From: Phoronis australis
Taxonomy: Eukaryota > Animalia > Phoronida
Length of the DNA stretch: 64,000 nt
Reading direction: 5' to 3'
Assembly: GCA_002633005.1 (NCBI GenBank)
Contig: NMRA01000099.1
Location: 699,633-763,632 of the forward strand
Position 1 is the stretch's first letter. The number at the start of each line of letters is the position of its first letter. The notes under the pieces were generated by a model. That model did no database searches and was not told the origin of the DNA. It worked only from the letters and a program-made list of their open reading frames with translations. Made by a program: the position numbers and the translations under genes. Of the stretch, positions 50,001 through 62,098 are shown piece by piece.

Positions 50001-53000
50001 TGACAAGCCTTGGCAGCTTGTAGATCGTCATCTGACCTCTTAAAGAGAAAATGCAATATACAAGGTTTCAATTTCACAAACGCTTAATATTTAATCAATC
50101 AATGTGGCTGACTATGAAAAAGTTACATCAGGTAACATAACAGGTGATCAATGTTGTTTGTATGAATAACTAAGCAGCTATTATTTAAAAAATGTTCAGA
50201 TGTTATTCAAAATTGCTGTATTTCAATACTGCACCTTTTCCAAACACCCTGTACGGTACCCAAATGTGTGGAATTGGAACATATTACCAATTCACACAGA
50301 TATGAGGTTTTGCTACTACGGGCACACTTCATAAATCACTCTCATAATATATCTAGATTCACATTTAACCCCTCTCATTCATCTTCTGTTGAGACTGACA
50401 TGGGAGGAGCCAAAGACATTTCAATTCACTGCTTAACTGTCTGTCAACATACCGTACATGTCCGGGTTACCGCCCAGGGCGCTTAAATTGGGAATCTAAA
50501 AAAACAGGGGGTGGGCAATAAGCCGAGTATGGGCGGTTAAAATCGAAATTTTTGAAAAGTCGGGAGTTGGTGCTTACTGCACAAAGGACCGATTTTACCC
50601 TCACAGAGCTACACTGACATTGGACTTCAAGCATGTCAGTTAAAATATATGTTGGCGGATTGAAGTAACGGACTTCCGACGGGCTGAAGTGGAATAGTGC
50701 ACACGATACAGTGGCGCCGTGATCCCGAGTGTGACTGGGTTTTTACGTACCTCGGTCGCTGCTTGTCATGTCTTGGAACTGAGGTATTCCTACAGGTAGA
50801 CGTGCATTCAGTAGGCCAAGTTTCTTGAGAGAAAAGCAAGACTACGCTAGATAGTCAGCGGCGATGGGAAGCAGGTGATTTTGTGAAGATATGCTGCCAC
50901 CAGTTACTTTGGCCACCGAACATGTGCTGATGATTGACAACCGGTTTTTCTTCCAAATACTTTGAACTTAGTTTGAACAATGTAACATTTTATATACATT
51001 GTATATTTCTTTCTGTGTTGCCAAAACCGACCTCCCAGAATTTGTTCAAAGCACGGATGATACTACTATAAGACAATAGGTGTGGTCAGTCGGCTGCGAA
51101 AATGAAGCAAAAACACATCATGTAAAACAGCAAAACCACATCATGTAAAAAGTCAACAGGCAAATCAAGAGTTCAAAAAATAAGTTTTTGACCATGTAGA
51201 TAGAATGTTCGACTTGCGCTTAATTTACAAGTTGATTTCTTGCGCTGCTGCTTTTGGTTGACCGCTTCCATTTTGGTGTAAGGAGTGAGTCATTAAAAAC
51301 ATGCGTTTAATGGAGACAAGGAACAATGACCCATATCTGCTTGTATTCAAAACAATGCGCCCAAAATAGTCGGTGGTCATGTACAGGCAAGTGTGCTCGT
51401 TTTTTTTTCATTGCTCAGGGTGATGTTTCGTGTACTGTCACGGGGAATCTAGAAAGGTAGGCCACGGACTTGAAATTCTTGTCAAGTACCGCTTTGTTGG
51501 TTCTTCCACGGCAATGAAATACATTCGACAATTGCTGTCTCAGTACATGCTGACACGAGTTCCAAGCGTGAGCCAAAGGAAACAAATTGTGTCTCCTTCG
51601 GTAAAGAGCATGAGAATACGGGTATTTTACCGCCATAGTAAGGCACGTTCTCGGTTCCGCTAAAACTGTTTGATTGTCATTGAAAGGTAAGCGAGTTGTG
51701 CACATTTTGGAATTTTAGTTTTGCGAGACGAACGTTCACAAAAGCACACACTTCAGGTCTCGATTATAAAAAATTGGGGGTGGGCGGTAAGCCGAGCATG
51801 AGCGCCTAAAAATAAAAAATTGAAAATTTTGGGGGTGGGTGGTAAACCGAGCATGGGCGGTAACCTGGACGAGTACGGTAGTCGTGCCACATTCAAGAAA
51901 GCAAGTCACTCGCACTTGCAGTGAGAAATGTTGCCTTATCAAATCAACCTTACCGACCAATCAATATGGCCATTTGGTAGTGTATGCTAATAAGGTGCTA
52001 GCTTTCTCACCACACATCAGCTACAGTGTTGCGCCAAATTCAAAAGAGTACACCTTGGACTTGGGACCCAGACCTCCAAAAATAAAAGTGTGGAACCGAA
52101 ACCACTACAGCCCACAGTCACCTTATACAACCCTGTTCACTACTAACCAGGAGTACTTCAACCATTACACTATGCAAAGTGTGTGGTGGAGGGTAGAACT
52201 GTGACGAGACAGAAGACAAGAGGGTGTCCAGTGCCGTCAAACCATGGTCCTCTTCCAGACAAGATTCGTACAGACAGACAAAATTGGGTGGTAGTTCACA
52301 TGCAGTGATTGCATCCTCCTGCAAACCAACAATATGACTTCTAAAGTAGGGCAACCTATAACTGACATTAACCATAGATGGTGCTGAAAGCACATCTCTG
52401 TCATCTTTAAAACCATAATTTACAAGCCAAATGAACTACAATTAAAATTGCATTTTACCCTGTTGCCTTAAAAATGGAAATACAAAACATCAGAATTAAA
52501 TAATTAATAAGCAGTCAAGCCCACACTTTCACACAATTTATGGCAACTGAAGTAATCAATCATTCTCAGTGGGCCACTTAGAGGTGATTTTTCTAAAGAA
52601 GCATTTAGCCATTATGATGGTCGGTGAATTGAACGATGGAAATGTCAAGACATAATGTAGATTCAGAAAATTATTGTTCTCACAAGCTCAGAGCTTCAAA
52701 GTGGGTTCAGGAACTCCTGTGATACATAATGGACACATTCTTACACCAAACAACCAATGATATTCCATTAGCTCTATTGACATGTGTTGAAAACATACCT
52801 TTTTAGTTTTGGGAACCAAGTATTTAAACTTGCTTGAGTCATTGGGTTTCCACTTGTTAGAAAACTGAAACAGATCTGCAAAGTCACATTTCCACTTTTA
52901 ACAAACTTTTTAGTTAAGGATATCTCAAACCTTATTCACAAAAATTGTCTATTTTACAATATTTCACGTCTCACAAAATACCTCACCTTCATTCAAAAAT

Positions 53001-56000
53001 TCCTAACAGCGTTTTTGGGGTAACTGGTGAAGTTTTCTTTAAAAAAGGTTTCATTAAAAATGACCGAAGGGTTAATTTTGCTATGAATGTACCTTTCTTA
53101 AAAATGAATTTTTGACTTAAAAAGGTGTTAACATAATAATAATGGTACATAAATATAAAAGATATTTTATATATTTAAGGTGCTGCATTCCCGCTCATCA
53201 ACTTCATTGTAGCATTTACATCACAGAATTCCTGTCCAACTCAAAAGTATAATTCTCCAGTTATGCATTTTCCTATTTTCTTAAGACACAATGTAAATTT
53301 ACCCACAGCCCCATAACAAAGAGCTCAAGTACAAACACTTGCCAGGGTGGGCTATTGAGAAGACTCAGCAAGGCTATATTAAGCATGATGTTACCTGGAT
53401 GTGAACATCAGCGAACAACTGGGTCTAAATTACCGGTTAATATACAAATCCAGAACTTTCCAGATAATCACTTAAAGCTGTATGTCGTCTTGTTTAGCTG
53501 GCGAAAAATGAAAAACTGAAATGGGCCCCTTAATCTCATAAAATAGTGCATGATAGGATTTTATTTCTATAACCAACATGAACATCACAACCACCAGTCA
53601 CTCTAAACAAAGCACTTCAGAGTTTATTGGGATTGGCGAACCCTCAACTTGGCAAATTTGAAAATGGCGCATGTACCCATTGACTGTGCTTTAAGTTGGA
53701 GCAGAACAAATAGAATTCTATCATGGTAAGGGATATTACGAGACCAATTTTATGAGAGTAAAAAGCCTAACTCAATTTTTGTACACAGTAGATGGCTTCA
53801 ACAGGTAGTGAAAATATGTTAGAGTTTCCAGTTGTCAGTGTGGTGATTGACTGTAACTGGAGGAAATCTTCTCATGGTGATTTGACTGGGATGCTAAAGA
53901 CAAAAACGGAAGATATATTCTTGCCTCTTTCCTCGAGGCCAAAGCAACATCTCATTACCTTTTTCAGTTTAGGTGCAGGTTGTTCGTCCTTGCAGGAATG
54001 TTTTCTCTTAGTACCATGCCGAGCTGTAGTCTTCACCTTAGGTTGAAATGCCGCAGATGGACATTCTTAAAAATGTAGGTTTTTAAAACACTCAGCCTTT
54101 TAAAGCAAAAAATCGTTTGGAACAAAAGCAATAATAGTTGAAATTACCATTTTTCTACTTACCAAAAGCATCATACATTACTGCCAATGCTTAAAATTTA
54201 TTTGACAACATGTGAACCATACAAACTATGCTAAAGATGTTATAAAATTCTCTTAAAACTTAAGTTTTGCTGAGAGCTTTGACGAAATGAGATTTCTTTT
54301 GTTCGCCACAGTGTGACCTGAACCAAAGAAGTTTAACTAATGAACTAACAAGAATCTTCAAATTCACAATTCACAGTAAATTGAAATAAATTAATTTTGT
54401 GTTAGTCAAGCAAACATGCAGCAATAGATTTGCGTCGGGCAACATTTCATAATCTTTGTCACTTTTCACTACTATTCCTTCAGTTTGTCATTTTCGTCGA
54501 GTGTCCTTTGGTGTACATTTGAATTAAGGGATCACTAATCAACATGAACACTTTCAAAAGCGCATGCAATGTACGATGAGAGGGACTAAAAGCTGGTGTA
54601 CGTCTTTAAAGCTTTCTGAAAACAGCAATTGAGACCACCTGTTACAGAAAAATTAACATTTTTGGAGACGTTCTTAGGAGAATGTTTTGCATGCTAATGG
54701 AATTTCGTCAATTTTAGGCAAACCATCAAACTTTGACAAGGCACACATGCTTGTTAGTTTATGTATTAATCGATAGTGCTAATTCATTGTGTTAGCTGTT
54801 CTTTGGCTGGGTCTAGCATTAAGACATGTTGGATGACAAGCATCAGTAAAGCAGCATTCCATAATTCATCGAATCTCTTTTCTGCTGTGAAATTAGCTTC
54901 AACACTACTATGAAAACAACAATATCTGGCAGACGACTTACCGTCAGCAGGAACGGCTGGGTGCATCGGTGGAGGCTCAACAGAAGTAGGCGGTAGAGCT
55001 AAAATGACATGGTAGATACTCCTGATATTTTATTTCCAGAAGTTCTAAGAACCCCAGCAGTTGGGACTCTGATATGAAGCAATCTCAACAAAAGCAGGTG
55101 CTATCACGAACTCAGACGAAACTTCGGTTCATCAAAGTGTACCACTGAACCCCTGGCAGCATGAGCATAAATCTTGTGCTTTGAGCACATTTACACATGG
55201 CTGATGCAAGGGCTTACTCAAATTCTCTTTCCTTTTTCGAGTTTACTGCTGCAACTTGTCAGTTACGCTGTAATCCAGAACACGAATTCTCCTTTCAGAA
55301 GCACACATTTGACATTGACCACAGGTCAGTGATTTTACACAAAGGTATTTGCCATACCGTCATTTTTCAATTTTTCAAAGAATGATTACATGCCTAGCTA
55401 AGAACAAAGTTATCACAATTTTGTATAGTTTTGCAACTGCTGTATTGAACAACACACCCTAACCATGAAGTGGAATTTCCTTGATGATAATTATGGATCA
55501 GAGATTTGGCAAAAAATCTCAACATTCTGTCACCGTTTGAAAGTGAAATATATGTGAAATATACACAGCAACGCAAGTGAGTCTTGGATAATTTATATAA
55601 CTCCACCAAAACTCACGAGGGATCTACATAAGGAAAATACCTTGAGAACAACAGATAATCTAATCTACCTGTCTAACATACCGAGAATTAAACCTATAAA
55701 AAATCAACAAAACAAAAGCAAATATTTCACTTTCAACACACTTCACACATCTCCAATGCAGCGCAGTAGCCCAATAAGGTGTTGATCTCCCATAGAACAA
55801 AGCAACGTGTTGATCATGTTTTCATGCCAAATTGTTACCTAAAGCACCTTAAATAACTCAATTATTACATGGTAGTTACCAGTGGATTCACGCTGATACT
55901 TTGAGACAATTACGTGTCTGAATAATTGCTGTATGTACATATGGTTAACACCAAAGGAAGGACAGGACACAGCAAATATCATGCGCGCACCCAGCCTAAA

Positions 56001-59000
56001 ACATAGGGGGGGCCTCGAATTCTTCGTTATGAGGACCCTTTACTGAAAAAAATCAACGAGGACTAAAAAAAATAATGAAAACGGGGGCACTAGGTTCGGG
56101 CCCGCCAATCGTGCATCCGCGCTGAATTCCTGTGGTCTTTGTGGAGTTTTGTCTTGTTTACTCGGACTTTTTGTTTCACCGAGGCGGACTCTTTTGCCCA
56201 AATTGACAAATGGGGGGGGGGGGCTCATTTGACCCCCCCGAGCCCCCATGGGTGCGCCCATGAACATGAAACACATATAGCAGACAACTTACTTTCAAGC
56301 GGAACAACTGGGGTCTGCAACAATACTGAATCTTCAGTGGCAGTGGATGGAGCTGAAAAATGAAACAGTACTTAGTGTAGATTCACATTTCATTCTAAAG
56401 CTCAACAATACATTGACAAACTGAACTTTGGCCAACTCACATTAGTCAGACTTGGGCAGTATAATTCCTGAGAGTCAATTCGCATCGCACTATAACGTCC
56501 CAACAGCATATTTTGTCGAATGGGAAAATATGTGCCCCGCAAATTGCCAGGCAGTGTTTTTCAATTGTCAAGGTTATGCAGTCTGGGATCTGTACATATG
56601 AACTGAACCTCAGAATTGCAAGCCAGGTCACAAGCAATGATCTGGTAATTCCCATACTGCTGAGAGCTTACTCTAATCTGTCTTAAAATTTCACAATTTC
56701 AAATCTTATAAGAGTCTTTCTCATCAGTTTTCAAAATATATATTAGATTGTGGAAGCATGGAGATCGAACAAGGACTTTTTGGTTGCATGTCAATGAATG
56801 TCTAAACCAAAATATCAACAAGAAAATGAAAAGCCAGCATATTGCCACCATTTTCACTCATGAAAGTTAACAACGCAATGCTCTATATTACTAATTGCAC
56901 TCATTGTAACTGTAATTTATTCTTACCTTGCTTTAAATTTACATCATTTGACTGGTGAGCGGGGATATTGGTGCTTGATGTAAGGGGCATGTTGGTGTCA
57001 CTGGGGCAGCTATTGGAAGACACAGCCTGATAAGTACTAGCAGCTGGAGGAGGATCCTACAAAACGCATTTGGACATCCATCAGCTAACATGCCTTATAG
57101 CACAGAATTGTGTAGAATGATCTCCACAATTAGCATTCTAATATCAGTAACTTTTGGTGTTGTAATGCAGGCACAAATAGCAGTCAAGTTACTTGGGGTA
57201 CAATATATTATTCTTTTCATGTCCCGCAAGACCAGAAGCGTTTAGCGGCCTAACCTTTTGAACACTAAGTCAATGTGTTCTTCCTCCTTGCCTCTGCCAT
57301 TTCAATGTCAGACACATTCGACTGCTAAAAAATTCCATCCACAAAAAAATCAACAGACTAATCAACATAGCAACACACACCTTGACGATGTAATCACCGA
57401 TATACTCAGGCAGTAAAAACAGCACCTCATGTGAGGCCAGACCCTCGATACTTGACTTGTGATGCACGTCCACAAAGATGTGAGTGTACCTTCGCCTCAC
57501 TTCATCAGGATCGGCCACAAGCACCGCTAAACTCGACACAGTAGCTCCGCCAAATTCCATCAATCTGAAGAAAGAAACGGCAGCAGTAGAAACAAGCACT
57601 TGCACAGAAAAAAGCCAACAGCCATATTCCGGAATGCCACAATGCCACTCGGACTTATCATAATTACCCACAATTCTGTGAATCAGTAGAGCACCCAACA
57701 GACAGTTGCCGTGATTGTGGTTGTATTTTACATCAAAATAAGTTCATCATATGTCTCTTTAATGCCACTACAGTTTTGAGGACCATCAGGAAAATAAGCT
57801 CTTATTGTTGTTAGGTGATTGTATCTCCTACTTTTATGCTCAATAAATATTGTTTAGTACACACTTAATTACTGGTTGCACAGTGACTTCCAGTGTTGAC
57901 AAGATCGGTGGGGTGATATACCGATCTTTTTATCCACTCAGAGGTGTGTTAATAGCCTAAACTTTATAAAGTAGATCAACCATCAACTGTGTTGTTCTTC
58001 CTCTGCAGAAGGGTTTGTCTTTTCATGGTTAAGAAGGAAATTTACTATTAAAGTACAGCAAAACTCGCATCAGTCACTGCGCACAAGTCGAATCTTTGCT
58101 CAAATCAGGCACCACAGTATGATCGTTTTGTGCACTAGGCCCGTCTCATAGGTCTGATTTTTCCTTACTCAGTTCATTTACATAAGATGTATGCGTGTTT
58201 CACTACATTTACAGTCTCGAAAAAATATTTAACTTACATGGTTGATACTTAGCGTAACCTAAAGTCACCAAATGAGACCTGACAAAATTCCTATGTCGCC
58301 AAATGGGGACTGGGGTCAGCAAAACAAGGAAACCTCATAATGGGGTTTGTGACTGTCCTAACCCCTATAAACGCACCCGAGATCACCGGGACATTTCTTG
58401 CAATCGAACAAAAATTAGGAGTGACAACCAATTCCCCCATTCGGCCCAACATCCTGTGCAGACTCACCTCCCCGGGTAAACTGGATAATCAGTACACTAC
58501 ATCTGTGTGTAATTTGTAAATGGGTCCTTCCAATTTTTGCCAAACAGCTCCAACTTCTGCTGGTTTACTTCCTGCAGTATTTTGCGTGTGTTTGGATGGG
58601 TGTGTGGCGACTTCGTGATGACTTGGGATCATTACCAGGTCACCCAACAAAATCTGAGGTCATCAAATTGAGCCCTAAATAAGTACCAACAGGAACATCT
58701 AAATGGCCTCCTTCGAAAGCACATCATTCTAAGACCTCGACAAATAACCCTTTACCTTTTGTACACAGTGTGGCGCTTTTTATTTTCCACCAGAAGAGCA
58801 ACTTTCCAGTCAGCAAACAACCCAACACCTGTACGCTTCCTGGCCAAGCGACACCTTTTGGGTGTTCTCATCAGCTCCGGCGAACATTGGCTTCCCTCAG
58901 GCAGTATCCTAGTGTCTGTCCATTCAAATAACTCCTCAGGCAACCATCTGTTGTTGGCGAAACTTTTGAGTATATAATCTTCCATCACTATCCACTTGCC

Positions 59001-61376
59001 TGCACAAATCAACAAGAAAGGGAATGATCAGAGACTTGTTTGTGATAATTGCTTCCTGTATTCAAGTAGGCCAGAAGCTAAAATTCACTTGATGGTGGTA
59101 CTGAAACAAAGATTCATCTTTACAAATGCATAAGAACCCTTACAGCACTAATGTCTTCATACAGGAGAATGTCAACTTCTACACATTAACAAAAACAGTT
59201 CAAACACGAAGTCGTCTGCTGTTTAATTTTTTTTAGCAAATTCATGTTCAGAGCAAACAATGACATTTTTTAAGAATAGTGGTTAGCAGTATACAATTGC
59301 GTGATGTTTTAAGACATGAATTTTAATAGGATTTTTCAGTTTTCAGAAGAATCGAAAACATTATACTTTCATGGGCTAGAAATGTACAGTTTAACATTTT
59401 TTCGATCAAGGACATCATGAACTTTGACTTCCTGGAACACCACAGCGCCCTCTCTGATTCTGGGGTCATTACCCCGATGCTGTGGGTCCATACTAATCAT
59501 TATTTCTCATGAAGCTTTAGTTTGCCATTTGTTGCTATGATGCCAATAAAGTTAAACTGCTGAATTCTGAGAAAAAACATAGACATCAAAATTTTTTGAA
59601 AAGTTGACTGACTCGTCTCGTAAGTGAGTTAAACAGTCCTATATTTTGAAAATTAGGTCAATATTATACAATGCGCTTTTCTACCTCCGCATCAAGGAAA
59701 GTTGAATCCGGGATGTGGGAATTACCTTAAAATAGAGAGACCTACAGAACCTACCTAGAACACACCCAGAGAGAAACTTCTCGCTTTTGCTTGGCTTTTT
59801 GCACACAATATGTGAGCAAGATGCACTGAACTTCTGGAATGTAACAAAGATTGAATCATCATTATTGGAAAAACTCTAGATAATTTTAACTGGTCTTAAG
59901 CTTCAAAACAAGGTTCAAATGCAACGGGGCCCAGAAAACATTTTCATGATGGTCAGTAGAAATGCATTAATTTTGTTGACTGGAGGAATTCTGACAACAG
60001 AAAGATGTCATTTTACGTCACTTTTTAAAACTAAGGCTTGAAAACGAATAATCATTTTGAACAGGAATCACTTTTCAAACAGGAATCATTGACTCCAAAA
60101 CAAGTCATTTGCTGAGAATAGAATTTAGTCACCTCAAGAGTCCCAACATTAGAAAGTCGATAAATTTATTTTTTATCATGCGATTTCTTCAGGTGTTGAT
60201 TAATGACTTTTATTATCTATTTAACAGACCTGCTTAAATTGTCCAGCAAATTTGCTAATATCAGAGGATTTTACTTGCACAGCGAAAACTGCAATGGCTG
60301 AGAAGGGATTTTCAAGGGATTACCATTTAGATTTTAAAAATTTGGGACAGAAATTAGCAAATAAAGGAAGCCATACTTAAAAAGTGAAATTGTTTGAGAA
60401 CCGATTTCGCCCACAAATCTTTGCTCTAGGCAACTAAACAGAGCTTTCTCAGATTGGCTGATCCTGATTTTGAAAAACTATAATGAGAACCCTGGAAATT
60501 CACAATTGGAACTCACGATGCCAGATCTATGTCTATTTGCAGCTTCAACCACAATCCTAAGTCTCAGCATGCATCGCATGAGCAGTCAAGCAAACTAATA
60601 TAACTGAAAGCTCTACCACAAATTTTGTTTGGTGATCTGGTAAAAATCTTTAAGTTGCCACTAAAGCATTCCAGCAAACATTCAAAATACTACAGGAAGT
60701 ATAAACAGATAGGAGTCATATGGTTTGACACACAATGGATAGGTTTGTTTATGAGTCATGCAATTTTTCTGTTTTAGATTAAATTTTTTAAAAAAATTAG
60801 AAGTCTCTCTAGGCAATTTTAGGAGAACAGGCAGAAATTTGCAAAGATGCAATAAACTTGTGTACATGTATTTTACATCTTTTCAAAAACATTTTTCCAC
60901 TTTCTAACACTCCTAAGATGGAGCTAATAATGTTGTATTTGTTTAGAAAGATGGTCTTTTTCAGAAAAAGTAAGAGGAAATGAAGAAAATCGCTCACGTC
61001 ATTTGACCCATTTTTCTCAAATTCACAGTTTGTTTATTTTTAAAAATGTGTGATTATTTAACTGAAACTATTGCAGTTGTTCATCATGACATAACCTAAC
61101 CATGTAAATATTAGTTTTGCATCATAAAAAACCTGAGAGTTATCAAGTTTTCACTTCTGCCTGACAATCTCGTGCAGTAAACCTTAAAAATGCAAGTCGC
61201 CGACCCATTACCACGAGTCTCTTTCAAGAATTACATACATCACTGTCCAGGAAGTCTCCACTGAGTTTTTTAATCTTGCCAGCAAGATTTTCCTTTTCAC
61301 TAACTGTGAATCCAGTCAACATGATGACTGGCTTGGACTTGAATGGACGAAGTCTGGACTTAGTCCCAGCGGACAT
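37635..61376 (-). CDS. SLF1: SMC5-SMC6 complex localization factor 1 (ANKRD32/BRCTx), ~1019 aa, 22 coding exons (gene model)
   Basis: 22 GT-AG exons with matching phases totalling 3060 nt. N-terminal tandem BRCT (IMLTGFTVSEKE; CSHIVCKKPSKSEKFLSGCVLGKWIV; RWLPEELFEW; LFADWKVALLV; PEYIGDYI), central helical region (YPPPHTLH; LQLHPP), C-terminal ankyrin repeats (GENLLHQAC; DNAGWSPLHEACNHG; DGITPLHDAVINGH). This domain order matches vertebrate SLF1. Confidence 0.93.
38465..38608 (-). CDS. SLF1: SLF1 exon 21 (GPQLLTLKTKEGYLPLECA...)
   Basis: Ankyrin capping segment; phases 1/1. Confidence 0.85.
38705..38831. repeat. Direct duplication, 66-bp period
   Basis: tttaaagatgtatttgcatgc...aaatgacaat occurs twice. 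Confidence 0.95.
38895..39182 (-). mobile_element. Kolobok-type element end (family copy 2), in an SLF1 intron
   Basis: GCAAGTTCCACT|TTAA end; inverted homolog of 16883-17180. Confidence 0.75.
39248..39367 (-). CDS. SLF1: SLF1 exon 20, ankyrin repeat 3 (DGITPLHDAVINGHVEVAKLLIRAG)
   Basis: ANK motif; phases 1/1. Confidence 0.92.
40150..40892 (+). mobile_element. Second HINE/DINE-like element with ~150-bp degenerate internal units
   Basis: 5' hairpin ccacaaaa-ac-ttttgtgg; atgaaa(t/c)ttgg-like units at ~40270, 40416, 40568 and 40716; ends in cttgttt. Confidence 0.55.
41416..41488. repeat. 35-bp tandem duplication
   Basis: aaagtggacacaggcaaaagaatttcttca(t/c)gact x2. Confidence 0.95.
42111..42245 (-). 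CDS. SLF1: SLF1 exon 19, ankyrin repeat 2 (GINVNAVDNAGWSPLHEACNHG...)
   Basis: ANK motif; donor gtgagt; phases 1/1. Confidence 0.92.
43628..43699 (-). CDS. SLF1: SLF1 exon 18, ankyrin repeat 1 (GENLLHQACIKN...)
   Basis: ANK motif; phases 1/1. Confidence 0.9.
44479..44630 (-). CDS. SLF1: SLF1 exon 17 (VLPSVFTPRSSP...KVNTK)
   Basis: ORF 44447-44629; phases 2/1; leads into ankyrin repeat 1. Confidence 0.8.
44682..44931. mobile_element. A-rich MITE (hAT-like)
   Basis: TIR CAAGGCTTGGAA / TTCCAAGCCCTG; flanks ttacag / gtacag. Confidence 0.6.
44998..45066. repeat. 36-bp tandem duplication
   Basis: agcaccagtacagttctgt(g/t)gctgatagctgta x2. Confidence 0.9.
45540..45616 (-). CDS. SLF1: SLF1 exon 16 (VENYFYLLPP...TTSE)
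   Basis: Acceptor tatttcag, donor gtaagt; phases 0/2. Confidence 0.8.
46389..46549 (-). CDS. SLF1: SLF1 exon 15 (NCASDS...PPWLRLKV...TLRKI)
   Basis: Within ORF 46377-46616; donor gtgagt; phases 1/0. Confidence 0.85.
46717..46870 (-). CDS. SLF1: SLF1 exon 14 (AESLQALLKLVAMVAEC...HKVA)
   Basis: Acceptor tatttctag; phases 0/1. Confidence 0.8.
47058..47206. mobile_element. Short palindromic MITE
   Basis: taacgctaggacct / aggtcctagcgtta inverted ends. Confidence 0.55.
47455..47650 (+). mobile_element. Dispersed MITE-like repeat family, copy 2
   Basis: Collinear similarity with the 26.5 kb and 53.6 kb copies. Confidence 0.55.
47944..48088 (-). CDS. SLF1: SLF1 exon 13 (YTSHDRPVK...EECPEQ)
   Basis: Open frame; phases 2/0; donor gtgtag is weak. 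Confidence 0.75.
48320..48366. repeat. (CA)/(CACG) microsatellite
   Basis: cacacacacgcacgcacgacgcacgcacacac... Confidence 0.85.
48511..48636 (-). CDS. SLF1: SLF1 exon 12 (TPAKLIKDC...LECDFVHYAS)
   Basis: Acceptor ttctcttcag; phases 2/2. Confidence 0.8.
49387..49678 (-). mobile_element. Tandem duplication (145-bp period) of a SINE-like head/core fragment
   Basis: Two near-identical units. The - strand reads B-box-like ggttcagtc then tgtgtccttgagcaagtcac, typical of tRNA-derived SINE cores. Confidence 0.7.
49878..50038 (-). CDS. SLF1: SLF1 exon 11 (RSDDDLQ...LQLHPP...PWTFIKYLI)
   Basis: Within ORF 49874-50077; phases 0/2. Confidence 0.85.
50452..51878. mobile_element. TA-flanked 1.4-kb non-autonomous DNA transposon (Tc1/mariner-pogo type)
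   Basis: 25-bp TIR CCGTACATGTCCGGGTTACCGCCCA / TGGGCGGTAACCTGGACGAGTACGG, TA on both sides, subterminal ggggtgggcggtaagccgag repeats; no transposase ORF. Confidence 0.9.
52148..52318 (-). CDS. SLF1: SLF1 exon 10 (EDAITACELPP...YPPPHTLHSVMVEVLL)
   Basis: Within ORF 52118-52393; acceptor gtttgcag, donor gttagt; phases 0/0. Confidence 0.85.
52799..52864 (-). CDS. SLF1: SLF1 exon 9 (FSNKWKPNDSSKFKYLVPKTKK)
   Basis: Acceptor tgtttcag, donor gtatgt; phases 0/0. Confidence 0.75.
53530..53765 (+). mobile_element. Dispersed MITE-like repeat family, copy 3
   Basis: Collinear similarity; inverted ends tctcataa...catgatag / ctatcatg...ttacgaga. Confidence 0.55.
53959..54065 (-). CDS. SLF1: SLF1 exon 8 (ECPSAAFQPK...KRKH...PKLKK; bipartite NLS-like)
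   Basis: Open frame, donor gtaatg; phases 1/0. Confidence 0.75.
54942..54998 (-). CDS. SLF1: SLF1 exon 7 (TLPPTSVEPPPMHPAVPAD)
   Basis: Acceptor cattttag, donor gtaagt; phases 1/1. Confidence 0.75.
55980..56262. mobile_element. MITE with probable 5-bp TSD
   Basis: TIR CATGCGCGCACCCA / TGGGTGCGCCCATG; flanks AATAT / AACAT. Confidence 0.8.
56293..56352 (-). CDS. SLF1: SLF1 exon 6 (APSTATEDS...PLE)
   Basis: Acceptor ttttcag, donor gtaagt; phases 1/1. Confidence 0.75.
56927..57056 (-). CDS. SLF1: SLF1 exon 5 (DPPPAASTY...NLKQ)
   Basis: Open frame, donor gtaaga; phases 0/1. Confidence 0.8.
57381..57564 (-). CDS. SLF1: SLF1 exon 4 (LMEFGGATV...PEYIGDYIVK), BRCT2
   Basis: Within ORF 57270-57698; phases 2/0. 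Confidence 0.9.
58756..58999 (-). CDS. SLF1: SLF1 exon 3 (GKWIVMEDYI...HTVYKR)
   Basis: ORF 58752-59015; phases 1/2. Confidence 0.92.
59755..59833 (-). CDS. SLF1: SLF1 exon 2 (KFSASCSHIVCKKPSKSEKFLSGCVL)
   Basis: BRCT motif; phases 0/1. Confidence 0.9.
61239..61376 (-). CDS. SLF1: SLF1 coding exon 1 (MSAGTK...DFLDSD), BRCT1 start
   Basis: ATG at 61376, acceptor 10 nt upstream, donor gtatgt, phase 0. Confidence 0.9.
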
Positions 61377-61451
61377 CTTGTCAATCCTAAAAATAAGTTA
61401 AACATAACCATAACAGAAAAATTAGAAACAACATTTTCGTGTTCAAGTATA

Positions 61452-62098
61452 TTAAAGTTATGTAAGACCCTAGAAAAATTTTCAAATTTGTATAATTTTG
61501 GAACAACATAGCGATGGTTGATCGGATGAACACAAAACTTTCAGGTAACATGATTTATGCACTGGTCTCCAAAACTACATTAAGCATTGTTCCACTTTTG
61601 CACGAGGGGCAATTATACAGATTTTTGTGAAAAATCAATATTTGCCTAAAAAGAAATAATTTAGAAAACTGTAACAGCTACCGCAAGTTCCCAAATTACT
61701 GCTAGTGGTTTATAGTTTTTTAATGGTTATCAAAACTGAAAGTGAGAGCTGACGTATGCACGTCATATGGATTAATCACATGGGGAAGTGTTCAGAGAAA
61801 CTAATTACACTTCCTGAGAAACTCTTACGCAACATCCTGTGCTTATTGTCATCAATTTCAGTTTTTTATAAAAAAATAATTGCAGGCGGTCTGATACACG
61901 TTGTACCAGACGTGCGCAGGCCTCGCATGTGGGCCCATTGCACTGATCACCTGGAAATATTTTTATGCTTTATTGATATACGGTTAAAACCGAGCTGAGG
62001 AGCTAGAAACCTGGCTCAATGGTTTAGCAGTTTTGATAAATGTTAAAATTAAAAACCTTATAAATCACCAGCAGCAGTTTGGGAACTTAGGGTAGCTT
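61452..62098 (+). mobile_element. TTAA-started (Kolobok-like) element with an internal ~45-bp inverted pair
   Basis: Same terminus as 28902; agctacc..aagttcccaaa...ggtttata (61677) is inverted at 62051-62098. Confidence 0.5.

Noticed and set aside
52319-52404. Upstream acceptors (52383, 52404) for SLF1 exon 10
   Set aside because: Wrong phase; 52318 gives phase 0.
37635-61376. Assignment as BARD1 or TONSL
   Set aside because: The BRCT pair is N-terminal and the ankyrins C-terminal, with no RING, TPR or LRR; this order fits SLF1.
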